Positions 28,336-37,248 of a stretch of 64,000 nucleotides of DNA are shown here, piece after piece. Position 1 is the first letter of the stretch. Each line of letters starts with the position of its first letter. This stretch comes from a virus. Position numbers and translations under genes: made by a program. Under the pieces are notes generated by a model. It saw only the letters and a list, made by a program, of their open reading frames with translations, was not told the origin of the DNA and did not search any database. The stretch is from the UHGV virus genome UHGV-0382128, one strand, 5' to 3'.

Positions 28336-30507
28336 GTGGACGCTAGATCAGCTAACGACTCAAGCTGGGTCAGAAATCTATTTAAGGGAGAGTTGGAAGG
28401 CCGAGATGAACGTTTTCTGGCCTTGCGACGCTACTCTAACGGTATGATGTCTTTTGAAGATACGACCATGGGCGGTAGTAAAGCGATTAATAGCCCTCCG
28501 CAGTTTACCTGGTTTGCAGACCCCCCATCAACTGGGGCATTTGCACGACCCGGTAATCGTGAGGCGGAGAAAAAGGCGTTGGCTAACGGTATGCCAACCG
28601 CTTCTTATCGCTTAGGGACGTATTATTACGAAAGTATTAACCAAAATTCGTTTTACGTACATTGCCGTTTCGGCAAGCCTAAATATCTGGGCATGGCCGC
28701 GTTCTTTGCGAATATGTACGATTCCAACTTAGCATATTTAGCGCGTACGGGTGACTATCCGGGAATGATCCGTACGATAGCAAGTTATATCGGCGCAGCA
28801 GCGATATGGGCAACTGTGGGTACTGTCGCTTTTGCGGTAATTTTAATTACTCCTCGCATTCTCGCGGCAGCGTTGAATAAGCAAACGTCGCGTTATTATT
28901 ACGTTAAACCGACGATGCATCTGTATTTGCGTGCTGTACAGAACATCTTGAATACGCAACTTGTTTATCGTCGTTTGGTTCCTACGGGTATCTTAGGTAC
29001 CTTCCAGGTCAGTCAAGACGGAGATGGAAAAGGGAACAAAAAAGCACGCGATGAAGCTTTTGAAGCGTTACCGGAGGTTTGGAAAAAGGGCGGTGAATTC
29101 GATGTCTTTAAGATGATCAACCGTTATCAAACTTTGGCGAACTATCAGAATCAACGTTTAAAAGAGCTTCGTAAGCAGTCCTCAAGTGACGACGAACTCG
29201 CCGAGCGGATACGAAATTTCTATTTGGATAGCACGTATGGTGCAGCTTCGTATTCTGACGATGTGAGAAATTACGAAGTTTCTTTGCAAGACATGGAACG
29301 GTTAGCCGCTTCCGAGCGCGGTGGTTATGCGGCGAAAGACGCGTCGGGTAAAGATATTAACAGCGTTGATGAACTGGAGAAAGGGGTTCTCGATGCGTTT
29401 AGTTCCGGGTTACAAACTGGGGGAACGGCAAGCGACCTAGAGGCGCAGGCGGCAGAAATCCAAAACAAAATGAATGAGGATTTGGAAAATGCCGATGCGA
29501 GTAACCTCACCGAGGGACAACAGAATACGATACAGTCCTGGGCGGATAAAGGTAAAGAATCAACCATGGAGACGTTCTTCGGCGACTTTGTTAAAGTGGT
29601 TGGCGAACAGATTGAAGGGATTAAAGCACAGGCTCTGTCCGAAATCTACAACGGTTCTCAGTGGGTGACCTGGAGAATCGATGGGAAGGACACCGTCTCT
29701 CGTTCGTTCTCTAACTCCACAAAAGAGCCGGAGATTTCTAGTACAGTTAACTCAATGACGGCGAAAGCTCGTCAACTTGAAGTAAACTTGTCTGGCGGGC
29801 AAACCGGCTTCAACGCGGTCGATTCATTAATTACAGGCTTTAAGTCCGTAATGCGTGGGTTAGCAGATACGCTGCATTTAACGGGGATTATGTCGTTATA
29901 TAACTCATCCGTCATCGACTTCCCAGAGGTGTGGGACAGTTCAGATGCCTCGGGTGACGATATTAACTTGACAATACCTTTACGTGCGTGGTCGGGAAGT
30001 GACCTGGATATCTTCCAGGAGATTCTAGTGCCGCTGTCCTTTTGGATCGCCGCAGTATGTCCAATTGCGACGGGTAAACAATCATTCACACATCCGTTTT
30101 ATTTGGAATGTTACTCACAAGGCCGATTCTCGTTCCGTAATGCTATCGTGACTTCTTTGTCTTTACAATTCGGTGTTGGTGGTTTAGGTTGGCGGCCAGG
30201 CGATTCTGTTCCATTGTCTTGTGATATCAATGTTACCATCCGCGATTTGTCCCGTGTGATGTATATGCCCATCGTTACAGACACTGGTGTTTGGGACGAC
30301 GATAATAAATTCAGTGAGTTTATGGCGTGTTTGGGTGCAGCGACGTTGTACGAGCGTACGAACGGTATAGAGCGTGCCAAGATCCAGGGAAGCATTTGGG
30401 CGCAGAACTGGGCATCTGCATGGTCACAAGGCAGCTTTATCAACTCTGCGTTTGATGTGCTTCCAGCACGCCAGATCGCGAACATCTTCTTGCCGCAAGC
30501 ACGTTAA
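28336..30507 (+). CDS. Hypothetical protein (723 aa) with one hydrophobic segment; probably virion-associated
   Basis: ORF directly downstream of the giant gene; hydrophobic stretch IGAAAIWATVGTVAFAVILITP. Confidence 0.5.
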   Translation: MDARSANDSSWVRNLFKGELEGRDERFLALRRYSNGMMSFEDTTMGGSKAINSPPQFTWFADPPSTGAFARPGNREAEKKALANGMPTASYRLGTYYYESINQNSFYVHCRFGKPKYLGMAAFFANMYDSNLAYLARTGDYPGMIRTIASYIGAAAIWATVGTVAFAVILITPRILAAALNKQTSRYYYVKPTMHLYLRAVQNILNTQLVYRRLVPTGILGTFQVSQDGDGKGNKKARDEAFEALPEVWKKGGEFDVFKMINRYQTLANYQNQRLKELRKQSSSDDELAERIRNFYLDSTYGAASYSDDVRNYEVSLQDMERLAASERGGYAAKDASGKDINSVDELEKGVLDAFSSGLQTGGTASDLEAQAAEIQNKMNEDLENADASNLTEGQQNTIQSWADKGKESTMETFFGDFVKVVGEQIEGIKAQALSEIYNGSQWVTWRIDGKDTVSRSFSNSTKEPEISSTVNSMTAKARQLEVNLSGGQTGFNAVDSLITGFKSVMRGLADTLHLTGIMSLYNSSVIDFPEVWDSSDASGDDINLTIPLRAWSGSDLDIFQEILVPLSFWIAAVCPIATGKQSFTHPFYLECYSQGRFSFRNAIVTSLSLQFGVGGLGWRPGDSVPLSCDINVTIRDLSRVMYMPIVTDTGVWDDDNKFSEFMACLGAATLYERTNGIERAKIQGSIWAQNWASAWSQGSFINSAFDVLPARQIANIFLPQAR

Positions 30508-30523
30508 TGTTTGAGAGGAAATA

Positions 30524-31087
30524 ATGGCTAATACGCTATTAGGTAAATCAGGAAAACAGCTGGTTTATGAGTTATTAGTAAAAAAGAATCCAGGTTTGGT
30601 AGAGAAAGGTATTACAATCGATAAGTTGAATTTTGGCACACCGGCACTTATCCCTGCGGTAGAAACACCAGAAACTCAATTTACGCGATTAAATACCCAA
30701 CTTAGCGTCCAGGGAATTATTGAACAGAAAACGTTTGGTAAAATTGACGTTATTTATCGTCGATTGGATTTAGAGCACCTCTTAGGTGACTTTGTAGTTT
30801 CTGTTGCGGGTATCAATGCGGCTACGGTATCTGAGGTACTACAGCTTTTTCGCACTAAGTACAATTTGCAGATTACCGACGATGAAGTTGAGAACCCAAC
30901 AGCTGCACCAGACAGCAAAGATAAAACCATCATTATCATGAATGGGAGATCTTTGGCGTGGACGGGGCGGTTGGAGGTGTACTTGACAGAGCTACCGTCC
31001 GACGGTAAGGATATTTCGAAGTTGATTAAAGTCACCGAACTTGACGGTTTAACGTATATCTCTTCTGGGATTGTTCCTGGCGCTTAA
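30524..31087 (+). CDS. Hypothetical protein (187 aa)
   Basis: ORF followed immediately by a strong terminator. Confidence 0.5.
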   Translation: MANTLLGKSGKQLVYELLVKKNPGLVEKGITIDKLNFGTPALIPAVETPETQFTRLNTQLSVQGIIEQKTFGKIDVIYRRLDLEHLLGDFVVSVAGINAATVSEVLQLFRTKYNLQITDDEVENPTAAPDSKDKTIIIMNGRSLAWTGRLEVYLTELPSDGKDISKLIKVTELDGLTYISSGIVPGA

Positions 31088-31152
31088 AAAAAGAAAAAAA
31101 ATAAGAAAGTTAACCTACCTCCGAAGGGAGGTAGGTGCTTTTATTTATTTCG
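31088..31152. terminator. Bidirectional rho-independent terminator
   Basis: A-run, stem cctacctcc / ggaggtagg with loop gaag (31114-31135), then tgcttttatttatttc; between convergent genes. Confidence 0.8.
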
Positions 31153-32002
31153 CCAAGTCTGCTTCTTTTACAAAGATGCCGTCGGCGTTCAGGTAACCTT
31201 TACGGTCTTTGATTTCATGCCAGGCTAAAGAGAAGCAATGGCGAATATCCAATTTATAATACAAGGCGATACGAGCAAGATGGGCTAAACCCAGGCTAAC
31301 GAAATCGAAACCATGATCTTTACCTTCCATAAAGGTTGTGGCAAAACTTTCAATAGCGTGAAGGTATTGTTGATGTGGGTATCCAGCGTTGTTTAAATTT
31401 TCTTCAACTTCAGCTACATCTTCCACGTCTAAGCGTAGACCAGACTCGATGCAGTCTTCTGCCACTGTAAGGTAACCAGAATTTGCATCCCCTAATTCGA
31501 TGATGTTTACCAGAACCACCAACGCGTCGCCGATACCATCCATGATCATTTCAGGTTTGTTTTTACTGATGCCCGCCGCAATTTCACCTAACTCTTCAAA
31601 GAACTTCGTGATTTGGGTTTCCAGTTTGCCGTTATCGAGAATCCCACGTTCTTTAGACCAACCTTTAACGAGTTTTACACATTTTGCGATCGTGCAAACT
31701 AGAACAGATTCTGTATGCATTACCGTACCGTTATAAACGGCATCGGTAAGCTTAATAGGCGCTACAATCGTTTCAATATCCAGTTCTTGATTACCGGTGT
31801 GGCGTTTACCTTCTACACGAATACGGTTGGTACCAGGGTTTACACCAATTGTGTAAATAGCATCGAACTGTACTGCATTCTCATTCAGAGCGCGCAGTTG
31901 CGCGTTAACTTCTTCCAGGTGTTGACCAGGATTAACCACGATGTTGTAAATAGTGTTGATGTCAAAACGTTCGCCCATTTTAAACTCCATTAGATTAAAC
32001 AA
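31145..32002 (-). CDS. Putative MazG-like nucleotide pyrophosphohydrolase domain protein (285 aa)
   Basis: ITKFFEELGEIAAGISKNKPEMIMDGIGDALVVLVNIIELGD resembles the MazG/HisE-type EExxE...D helix pair; N-terminal part unknown. Confidence 0.4.
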   Translation of the reverse strand: MFNLMEFKMGERFDINTIYNIVVNPGQHLEEVNAQLRALNENAVQFDAIYTIGVNPGTNRIRVEGKRHTGNQELDIETIVAPIKLTDAVYNGTVMHTESVLVCTIAKCVKLVKGWSKERGILDNGKLETQITKFFEELGEIAAGISKNKPEMIMDGIGDALVVLVNIIELGDANSGYLTVAEDCIESGLRLDVEDVAEVEENLNNAGYPHQQYLHAIESFATTFMEGKDHGFDFVSLGLAHLARIALYYKLDIRHCFSLAWHEIKDRKGYLNADGIFVKEADLAK

Positions 32003-32040
32003 AAAAGAATAAGGATTAGGGGTGCTACATAAGCACCCCG
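31997..32040 (-). terminator. Probable minus-strand terminator
   Basis: Hairpin ggggtgct-acat-aagcacccc (32019-32039) with A-rich plus-strand 5' flank; follows a small ORF. Confidence 0.5.
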
Positions 32041-32047
32041 TGAACTG

Positions 32048-32191
32048 TTAAATTTTGCAAGCCCCGCCTGAGCAGTTATCGTCTTCCGTAGTTGGGTCAG
32101 CACCCTTCTCTACGGTTTCTTCTGGGTCTAAGCCAGGGATTGCAAATTCGTCAGTTTCTTTAACGGTTTCTACTTTAACTTCTTCAGTCAT
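32048..32191 (-). CDS. Small acidic ORF (~47 aa), not in the supplied ORF track
   Basis: Hand translation MTEEVKVETVKETDEFAIPGLDPEETVEKGADPTTEDDNCSGGACKI; ends just before a terminator. Coordinates approximate (+/-2 nt). Confidence 0.3.
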   Translation of the reverse strand: MTEEVKVETVKETDEFAIPGLDPEETVEKGADPTTEDDNCSGGACKI

Positions 32192-32233
32192 TTTAGTTCC
32201 CAAATTTCTTACAAAGGTGTTAGCAGTTTTGAT

Positions 32234-32416
32234 TTAACGATGGCGAATGTGAGACAGAAGCAGGCCCATCCGTAGTGGAACTGACGCTGTCATTGCCTTT
32301 TTATACTGCACAGTGCGTACTTTCGATTTACCAGGTCCCTTACGTACGCGGTTGTAGCCAATAAAATATAGAGTACCTGTAAAGAATCTGAGGTTATGAA
32401 AATATGGCTTCTTCAT
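32234..32416 (-). CDS. Small basic protein (60 aa)
   Basis: ATG overlaps the stop of the upstream small ORF (ATGA), preceded by aagggggaa SD-like sequence; Lys/Arg-rich. Confidence 0.35.
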   Translation of the reverse strand: MKKPYFHNLRFFTGTLYFIGYNRVRKGPGKSKVRTVQYKKAMTASVPLRMGLLLSHIRHR

Positions 32417-32586
32417 TGTTCCCCCTTCTCGAATGGGTTAGATTCAAGGAACTTGGAATAAGAAAATTGAATTACTTGGAAACGTTTACGTCCTTTACGT
32501 GGCCCTTTGCACCAACGTGTAGTAACGGTACGGAATTTCTTCGGTTCGAAATACATTATCGTGAAACTAAGAACATCATCCAACAT
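32413..32586 (-). CDS. Small basic ORF (~57 aa), not in the supplied ORF track
   Basis: Hand translation MLDDVLSFTIMYFEPKKFRTVTTRWCKGPRKGRKRFQVIQFSYSKFLESNPFEKGEQ; SD aagga before the ATG. Coordinates approximate. Confidence 0.3.
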   Translation of the reverse strand: MLDDVLSFTIMYFEPKKFRTVTTRWCKGPRKGRKRFQVIQFSYSKFLESNPFEKGEQ

Positions 32587-32605
32587 AAATTTTCCTTATC
32601 GCCAA

Positions 32606-33052
32606 CTAACCCATTAAATGTATTACGACGTCTTTAGTTACTGAGTTTGCCAGTAAGCGAAAGAACTTCATGTAACGGAAAATGCTAAAGAAAACCCCAG
32701 CGTCGTCTACAATAACAAGGCTGTATTTTTCTTTTTCTGTACCCATCTGATAACCAATGATTTGCGTGATATTCTCCGGTAAGTCTTCGAGACCCAAACG
32801 GAATAGCACATCGTCCTCTAAGAACCCTTTTGGGTTAACGAATAATACCTTCCCTTTATGGTTCTTAGCTAACTCGACACCGAAGTCTGTAAGTCCTGTC
32901 TGCCTGCCTGTACCGTAGCGGATAGTACGAAATTCAGATAAGGCATTGGGACCATAACGATCGGTAAACGGATTATCTTTAGAATCCAGATCGGTTAAAC
33001 CTTTTGATAATTCTTCTACTACGATGTTATAGTTAACATGAGTTTTAGACAT
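32606..33052 (-). CDS. Hypothetical protein (148 aa)
   Basis: ORF only; sits beside thyA and the MazG-like gene, so a nucleotide-metabolism role is possible but unsupported. Confidence 0.45.
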   Translation of the reverse strand: MSKTHVNYNIVVEELSKGLTDLDSKDNPFTDRYGPNALSEFRTIRYGTGRQTGLTDFGVELAKNHKGKVLFVNPKGFLEDDVLFRLGLEDLPENITQIIGYQMGTEKEKYSLVIVDDAGVFFSIFRYMKFFRLLANSVTKDVVIHLMG

Positions 33053-33109
33053 TTCAATGTTCCTTTTAGTTTCGAGGTGGTTCAGATATAGATTGCATGT
33101 GAAACAACT

Positions 33110-33406
33110 TTACTTAAAATCACGTTTGGCCTTGCTAATGATTTGAGATATTCTGCTTGGCGTCACTCCGTGTATTTCGGCCAATTTCTTGTTACTTAGG
33201 CCACCCAATTTACCAACAAGAATATTCAATACACGTAAGTCTTTTAACGTTGCCGAAATCTTCTCTAAGATTTCGATATCAGCTTGATCAAACTTACCTT
33301 TAGTCTGTAATGCTATCCCAGCACGCTCAGTAACAGTTTTTAGCTCAGCTAATCGACTAATGCCGAAAGAAGTTAACTCCACGTACGATTTCTCATTAAT
33401 CATCAT
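33110..33406 (-). CDS. Small helix-turn-helix protein resembling sigma-70 region 4 (98 aa); candidate transcription factor
   Basis: C-terminal LSNKKLAEIHGVTPSRISQIISKAKRDF resembles the region-4 HTH consensus (cf. ...LEEVG..FGVTRERIRQIE.KAL). Confidence 0.4.
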   Translation of the reverse strand: MMINEKSYVELTSFGISRLAELKTVTERAGIALQTKGKFDQADIEILEKISATLKDLRVLNILVGKLGGLSNKKLAEIHGVTPSRISQIISKAKRDFK

Positions 33407-33413
33407 GTACCCC

Positions 33414-34448
33414 TTAGACAGCTATGGGAGCTTTAATTGTGTCGTGTGATTGATACCCAACCAATTCGAAGTCTTCGTATTTGTAATCGAAGATGGAATC
33501 AGGTTTACGTTTGATAACCAGTTTAGGTAGCGGGTAAGGTTCGCGAGTAAGTTGTAGTTTTGCCTGCTCCAGATGGTTAGAATACAGATGAACGTCTACA
33601 CCACTATAAACCAACTCGTCTGGAACCATGTTCAACTGCTGTGCAATCATGTGAGTTAACAACGCGTACGAAGCGACGTTAAATGGCGCGCCGAGTAGGT
33701 AATCGTTGCTCCGCATCATGTAAAAACATGAAAGCTTCCGACGTGGAATGTCCTCACGATCTAAAATTTCATGAAGTCGCTCTTCATCATCAATATCTTC
33801 GTGATTAATAAGCGGTGCGCTCGCAAATTTTTCCGGTTCGTTTACTTCGTACCAATCCAGTCGTTCAAGCAACGTCATTTCCGTTGTGTAGAATTGGAAA
33901 TAGTTGTGGCATGGGTTAAGTGCCATATCGTCCAGGTCACCTACATTCCAGGCACTAACAATAATACGACGGGAGTCAGGGTCTTCACGAAGTTGCTGGA
34001 TAACTTTACTGATCTGGTCATGTGCTTTTTCATAGACCAAATACGTCGTACCGTCTTCCTTCATATTCCCAATATACTTGTAACCCCGCTGCATTAGTTG
34101 TTGTGTACGTCTTACGTCATGACACTCCACAACTTTACAGTCGCGCCATTCACGCCATTGTTTACCATAAACTGGTCCTAAGTTCCCCTCTTCATCACTC
34201 CATTCGTTCCAAATTTTTACCCCGTTCTCTTGCAGGTACTTCACGTTAGTGTCACCATTTAAGAACCACAGCAGTTCATGAATGATACTTTTCAGGTGAA
34301 CCTTTTTCGTAGTAACTAATGGGAAACCTTCTTTTAGGTCGAAACGTAGTTGGCGACCAAATACAGAAAGTGTCCCTACGCCTGTACGGTCTTTCTTGAC
34401 AACACCGTTATCTAGAATGTCTTGCATTAACGCTAAATACTGTTTCAT
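33414..34448 (-). CDS. thyA: Thymidylate synthase (344 aa) with two insertions
   Basis: Near-identical blocks to E. coli ThyA (MKQYL.LMQ..L..G....[53 protein letters not shown]). Two in-frame insertions of roughly 33 and 46 aa. Confidence 0.9.
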   Translation of the reverse strand: MKQYLALMQDILDNGVVKKDRTGVGTLSVFGRQLRFDLKEGFPLVTTKKVHLKSIIHELLWFLNGDTNVKYLQENGVKIWNEWSDEEGNLGPVYGKQWREWRDCKVVECHDVRRTQQLMQRGYKYIGNMKEDGTTYLVYEKAHDQISKVIQQLREDPDSRRIIVSAWNVGDLDDMALNPCHNYFQFYTTEMTLLERLDWYEVNEPEKFASAPLINHEDIDDEERLHEILDREDIPRRKLSCFYMMRSNDYLLGAPFNVASYALLTHMIAQQLNMVPDELVYSGVDVHLYSNHLEQAKLQLTREPYPLPKLVIKRKPDSIFDYKYEDFELVGYQSHDTIKAPIAV

Positions 34449-34762
34449 TTGTTATTCTCCATACGTTTCGTTAAAATGTCTAAATTACGTTGCGCTTGCT
34501 CAGGACTAAAAATAATGTTTTCCTGGCTATACGTTACATGGAAATGTTTTTTGTTAACAATCTCAACCTTAAGGCCACGAACTTCGAATTGCCGTTTAGC
34601 CTCTTCAACCTTTTTTGGTGAGATTCTAAGAAGACCTGGAAATAGTTCGTCTGCAGGAACGTAGTATTTGATTTCCTTAGTTTCGGGAATTAATTCGATC
34701 CTATCTAAACTGACGCTTATGATTTCGTCAATCTTTTTCTTTATATTGTCGTTCACAGTCAT
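34445..34762 (-). CDS. Hypothetical protein (105 aa)
   Basis: ORF overlapping thyA by 4 nt. Confidence 0.45.
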   Translation of the reverse strand: MTVNDNIKKKIDEIISVSLDRIELIPETKEIKYYVPADELFPGLLRISPKKVEEAKRQFEVRGLKVEIVNKKHFHVTYSQENIIFSPEQAQRNLDILTKRMENNK

Positions 34763-35070
34763 CAGATTTTGTCCTTTTCGAGTTCAGTTAAAATTTCAAA
34801 CAGGTCTGCGTTGGACTGCAGTACGATTTCACTGCCTTCTGCTACAACAGTAATTAAAGGCTTCTTACCACGTAGCAAGAACTCCCAACGCATTGTTCTT
34901 ACGTGGCTGTCGAGTAACTGTTTTAATTTGTGGTTAACTTCAACTTCCAATTTGCCCAGTAACTGTGGTGTAATGCTTTCACCTGAGTTTTTGTTATAAA
35001 GTGTACGCACTAAAGAACGTAAAGAATAGCCAATGCACTGCGAAATTGCCCAACCCGAATAGTTTTCCAT
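34762..35070 (-). CDS. Hypothetical protein (102 aa)
   Basis: ORF only. Confidence 0.45.
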   Translation of the reverse strand: MENYSGWAISQCIGYSLRSLVRTLYNKNSGESITPQLLGKLEVEVNHKLKQLLDSHVRTMRWEFLLRGKKPLITVVAEGSEIVLQSNADLFEILTELEKDKI

Positions 35071-35071
35071 G

Positions 35072-35617
35072 TTAATCCTTCAAAATGTCTTTAAGTTTTA
35101 GTTTTGTATAGAACGGAGAACTACTTAGTTCTTCTGTCCAACTTATACGTCCGTTCTGTAGAACCCGGTCGAAGATTAGGCCGTTCATCTTTACAATTCT
35201 GGCCAATTGATAAAAGAGTGTCGCGAGATGTAGACGACGCTCCATTTGTGCGCGAGCGGTACAACTTCGTACCGCTTTGATAGCAAGTACCGCTTCTGGC
35301 ATCAACGTAACCGCGATTGACTCAGGATGTTCGTTTTTCCATTTCTTAATGGCTAGTAGTCGGTGTAGTGATTTTTCAAGGGGACGTAAATCCCCGTTAT
35401 TCATCACGTAAACTAGAGCAGCAATATCCCACAAGGCGTTACCCACCGCTTTAGCAACAAACAACCCGTCGTGTGATGTCGTGGATTCACAGACTTTGCC
35501 AATACTTCCATAAACACGTGCAGTCCATGCGTCTGTCTGTTCGCCGGGTTTTATACCCGCGTTATCCAGAAAGTGTTTAAACGCATTAACGTGATCAGTT
35601 AACTGTATTTGTTTCAT
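35072..35617 (-). CDS. Hypothetical protein (181 aa)
   Basis: ORF only. Confidence 0.45.
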   Translation of the reverse strand: MKQIQLTDHVNAFKHFLDNAGIKPGEQTDAWTARVYGSIGKVCESTTSHDGLFVAKAVGNALWDIAALVYVMNNGDLRPLEKSLHRLLAIKKWKNEHPESIAVTLMPEAVLAIKAVRSCTARAQMERRLHLATLFYQLARIVKMNGLIFDRVLQNGRISWTEELSSSPFYTKLKLKDILKD

Positions 35618-35631
35618 TTCCGATACCCGAT

Positions 35632-36147
35632 TTAGTCACGAGACTTTATTTTAAGGTACGCAACCGCAGCTCCCACGATTGCAATACCGGCGCCCCAACC
35701 TATCTTTTCTATTACACTCATATCGTCCCATCTTTTCTCTTCGTTACGTCGTTTGGCCTCGTCTGCCCGTTCTCTCCACATCGCTTCGCGTTCCAGACAG
35801 CTGGGATTTATTTCCTCTTCACAACGACGTTTCCGCTCTTCTTCCCTAACCAGTTCTTCTAAATAGAGCCTCGTTTCTTCCACAGCTTGTTCATAGACGT
35901 CTATGCGTTCGGGAAGAATTCTCCTGTGAGCGGCTTTGTTGCGAACGGAAGCAATCATGTGGAGTTTCCGTTCGTATTTTGGTTCGAGAAGATGAGCTAT
36001 GCTTTTGGTCTTCCCATGAAGCCCATGACCGGTACCGCCGAGTTTTTCCACAAGTTCTTCTACAGAAATTGCAAGATCGAGAATATATCCACGCATAATT
36101 GTTTCTCCGCTTAAACGCAGTCTTGGGAGACATAAGTCTGTTCCCAA
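35632..36147 (-). CDS. Small protein with HEPN-like Rx4H motif and C-terminal transmembrane helix (171 aa; may start at the internal Met near 36096)
   Basis: ...LHMIASVRNKAAHRRILPER... matches R-N-x-x-x-H; then a highly charged Glu/Arg/Lys-rich segment and hydrophobic IGWGAGIAIVGAAVAYL. Confidence 0.3.
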   Translation of the reverse strand: MGTDLCLPRLRLSGETIMRGYILDLAISVEELVEKLGGTGHGLHGKTKSIAHLLEPKYERKLHMIASVRNKAAHRRILPERIDVYEQAVEETRLYLEELVREEERKRRCEEEINPSCLEREAMWRERADEAKRRNEEKRWDDMSVIEKIGWGAGIAIVGAAVAYLKIKSRD

Positions 36148-36156
36148 CTGTAAAAA

Positions 36157-36525
36157 TCATTTCAACAAAACAAGATGAATTTGGTATTCGTCATCAGCAG
36201 GAGAAGAATAATCGCCAGCTTCAGGTAACGTTATATCTCCCAGTAGAGCGTGGAAGGGTAATCCACGAGCAGCCTCAACTATTCGTACAAGCGGAAAACC
36301 TGTTCTTTTAATCCAATTGTAATCAACAAACATAACACCACCAGGACTTCCCGAACCTTCCCACACACGAATTTCCACAGTCTTTCCCGAAAAGTTGGCA
36401 AGTACGGTGCGTAGTCCTAATCGCACATAACTGGGAAAGGGTACTTCAATAACTTGTTTTGGTAAAACAAATTCAGGGAATTTAAAACCGAAACCTTTGG
36501 GTGTACTAAAAAACTGAGCTTGCAT
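36157..36525 (-). CDS. Hypothetical protein (122 aa)
   Basis: ORF with SD aaggagaa, first gene after a terminator. Confidence 0.45.
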   Translation of the reverse strand: MQAQFFSTPKGFGFKFPEFVLPKQVIEVPFPSYVRLGLRTVLANFSGKTVEIRVWEGSGSPGGVMFVDYNWIKRTGFPLVRIVEAARGLPFHALLGDITLPEAGDYSSPADDEYQIHLVLLK

Positions 36526-36544
36526 GATAATTCTCCTTTAGGGT

Positions 36545-36585
36545 AAAAAATGAAAATACCCTACTCCTGTCTAGGAGTAGGGTAG
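36545..36585 (-). terminator. Rho-independent terminator (CCCTACTCC family)
   Basis: Stem accctactcc / ggagtagggt, loop tgtcta; T-run on minus strand, then SD and the next start. Confidence 0.7.
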
Positions 36586-36588
36586 GTA

Positions 36589-37248
36589 TTACATACGGGT
36601 AACTGAATCCCAGTAATCGCGAAGATATTCTTGATCTTCAGGATCTTTCGGTGTAGCCGGAATGTGGCCGTCAAACTCAAACGGAATTACAGACAGAACA
36701 TCCGCAATCTCGTAACGCTCGACTTCCAGTTCAACTTTCACCCAGTCACCGACGCTGGTACTACTACGCATCTCGGTGAGGAGATCGTTAAAGTCAGCCG
36801 AAACTTCAATTGCAGGGTGTCCGGTGGTGATAGTGAAAATATCAATATCCCAATGCTTAGCGCCTTTATCGGCTAATTCACCCGGTTCTAAGTGGATACG
36901 TTTCACCAGGTGAGCCAAATAACCGTCCTTGTAAAAAGAGAGTGCAGAACTAATACCGATATCCGAATTCTCTTCAACCTTTCCGTCCAGGAATTTACGC
37001 TTAAGCGTTAGCTGTGCTGTACCGTCTTCTTTAATACGGATACGACGACGCCCACCTTCTATCGGCATGAGAATGTCCATGAACATCTTAGTGGACTGTG
37101 CGTGTAGCCAATCCCATCCCGCTTGCGTGGGTTTTACCCAAACGCAATATTCCTTTTCCACTTCACGTTTAATGGATTCGCCTGCAACGCGAATAACTTC
37201 TTCTTCCTGCGCTTTTTCCAATTGCGCAAGGGTATCGAATAATCCCAT
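36589..37248 (-). CDS. Hypothetical protein (219 aa)
   Basis: ORF only. Confidence 0.5.
   Translation of the reverse strand: MGLFDTLAQLEKAQEEEVIRVAGESIKREVEKEYCVWVKPTQAGWDWLHAQSTKMFMDILMPIEGGRRRIRIKEDGTAQLTLKRKFLDGKVEENSDIGISSALSFYKDGYLAHLVKRIHLEPGELADKGAKHWDIDIFTITTGHPAIEVSADFNDLLTEMRSSTSVGDWVKVELEVERYEIADVLSVIPFEFDGHIPATPKDPEDQEYLRDYWDSVTRM

Noticed and set aside
33414-34448. Intron or intein interrupting thyA (as the td intron in T4)
   Set aside because: The ORF is continuous; the extra segments are in frame, 100-140 nt, and lack intein splice-junction blocks or room for a group I intron core.
36157-36525. Minimal nucleotidyltransferase (MNT) antitoxin partner for the HEPN-like protein
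   Set aside because: The sequence GSGSPGGVMFVDYN superficially resembles the GS...D.D NTase motif but the second acidic residue is missing (DYN); insufficient to call a HEPN-MNT pair.
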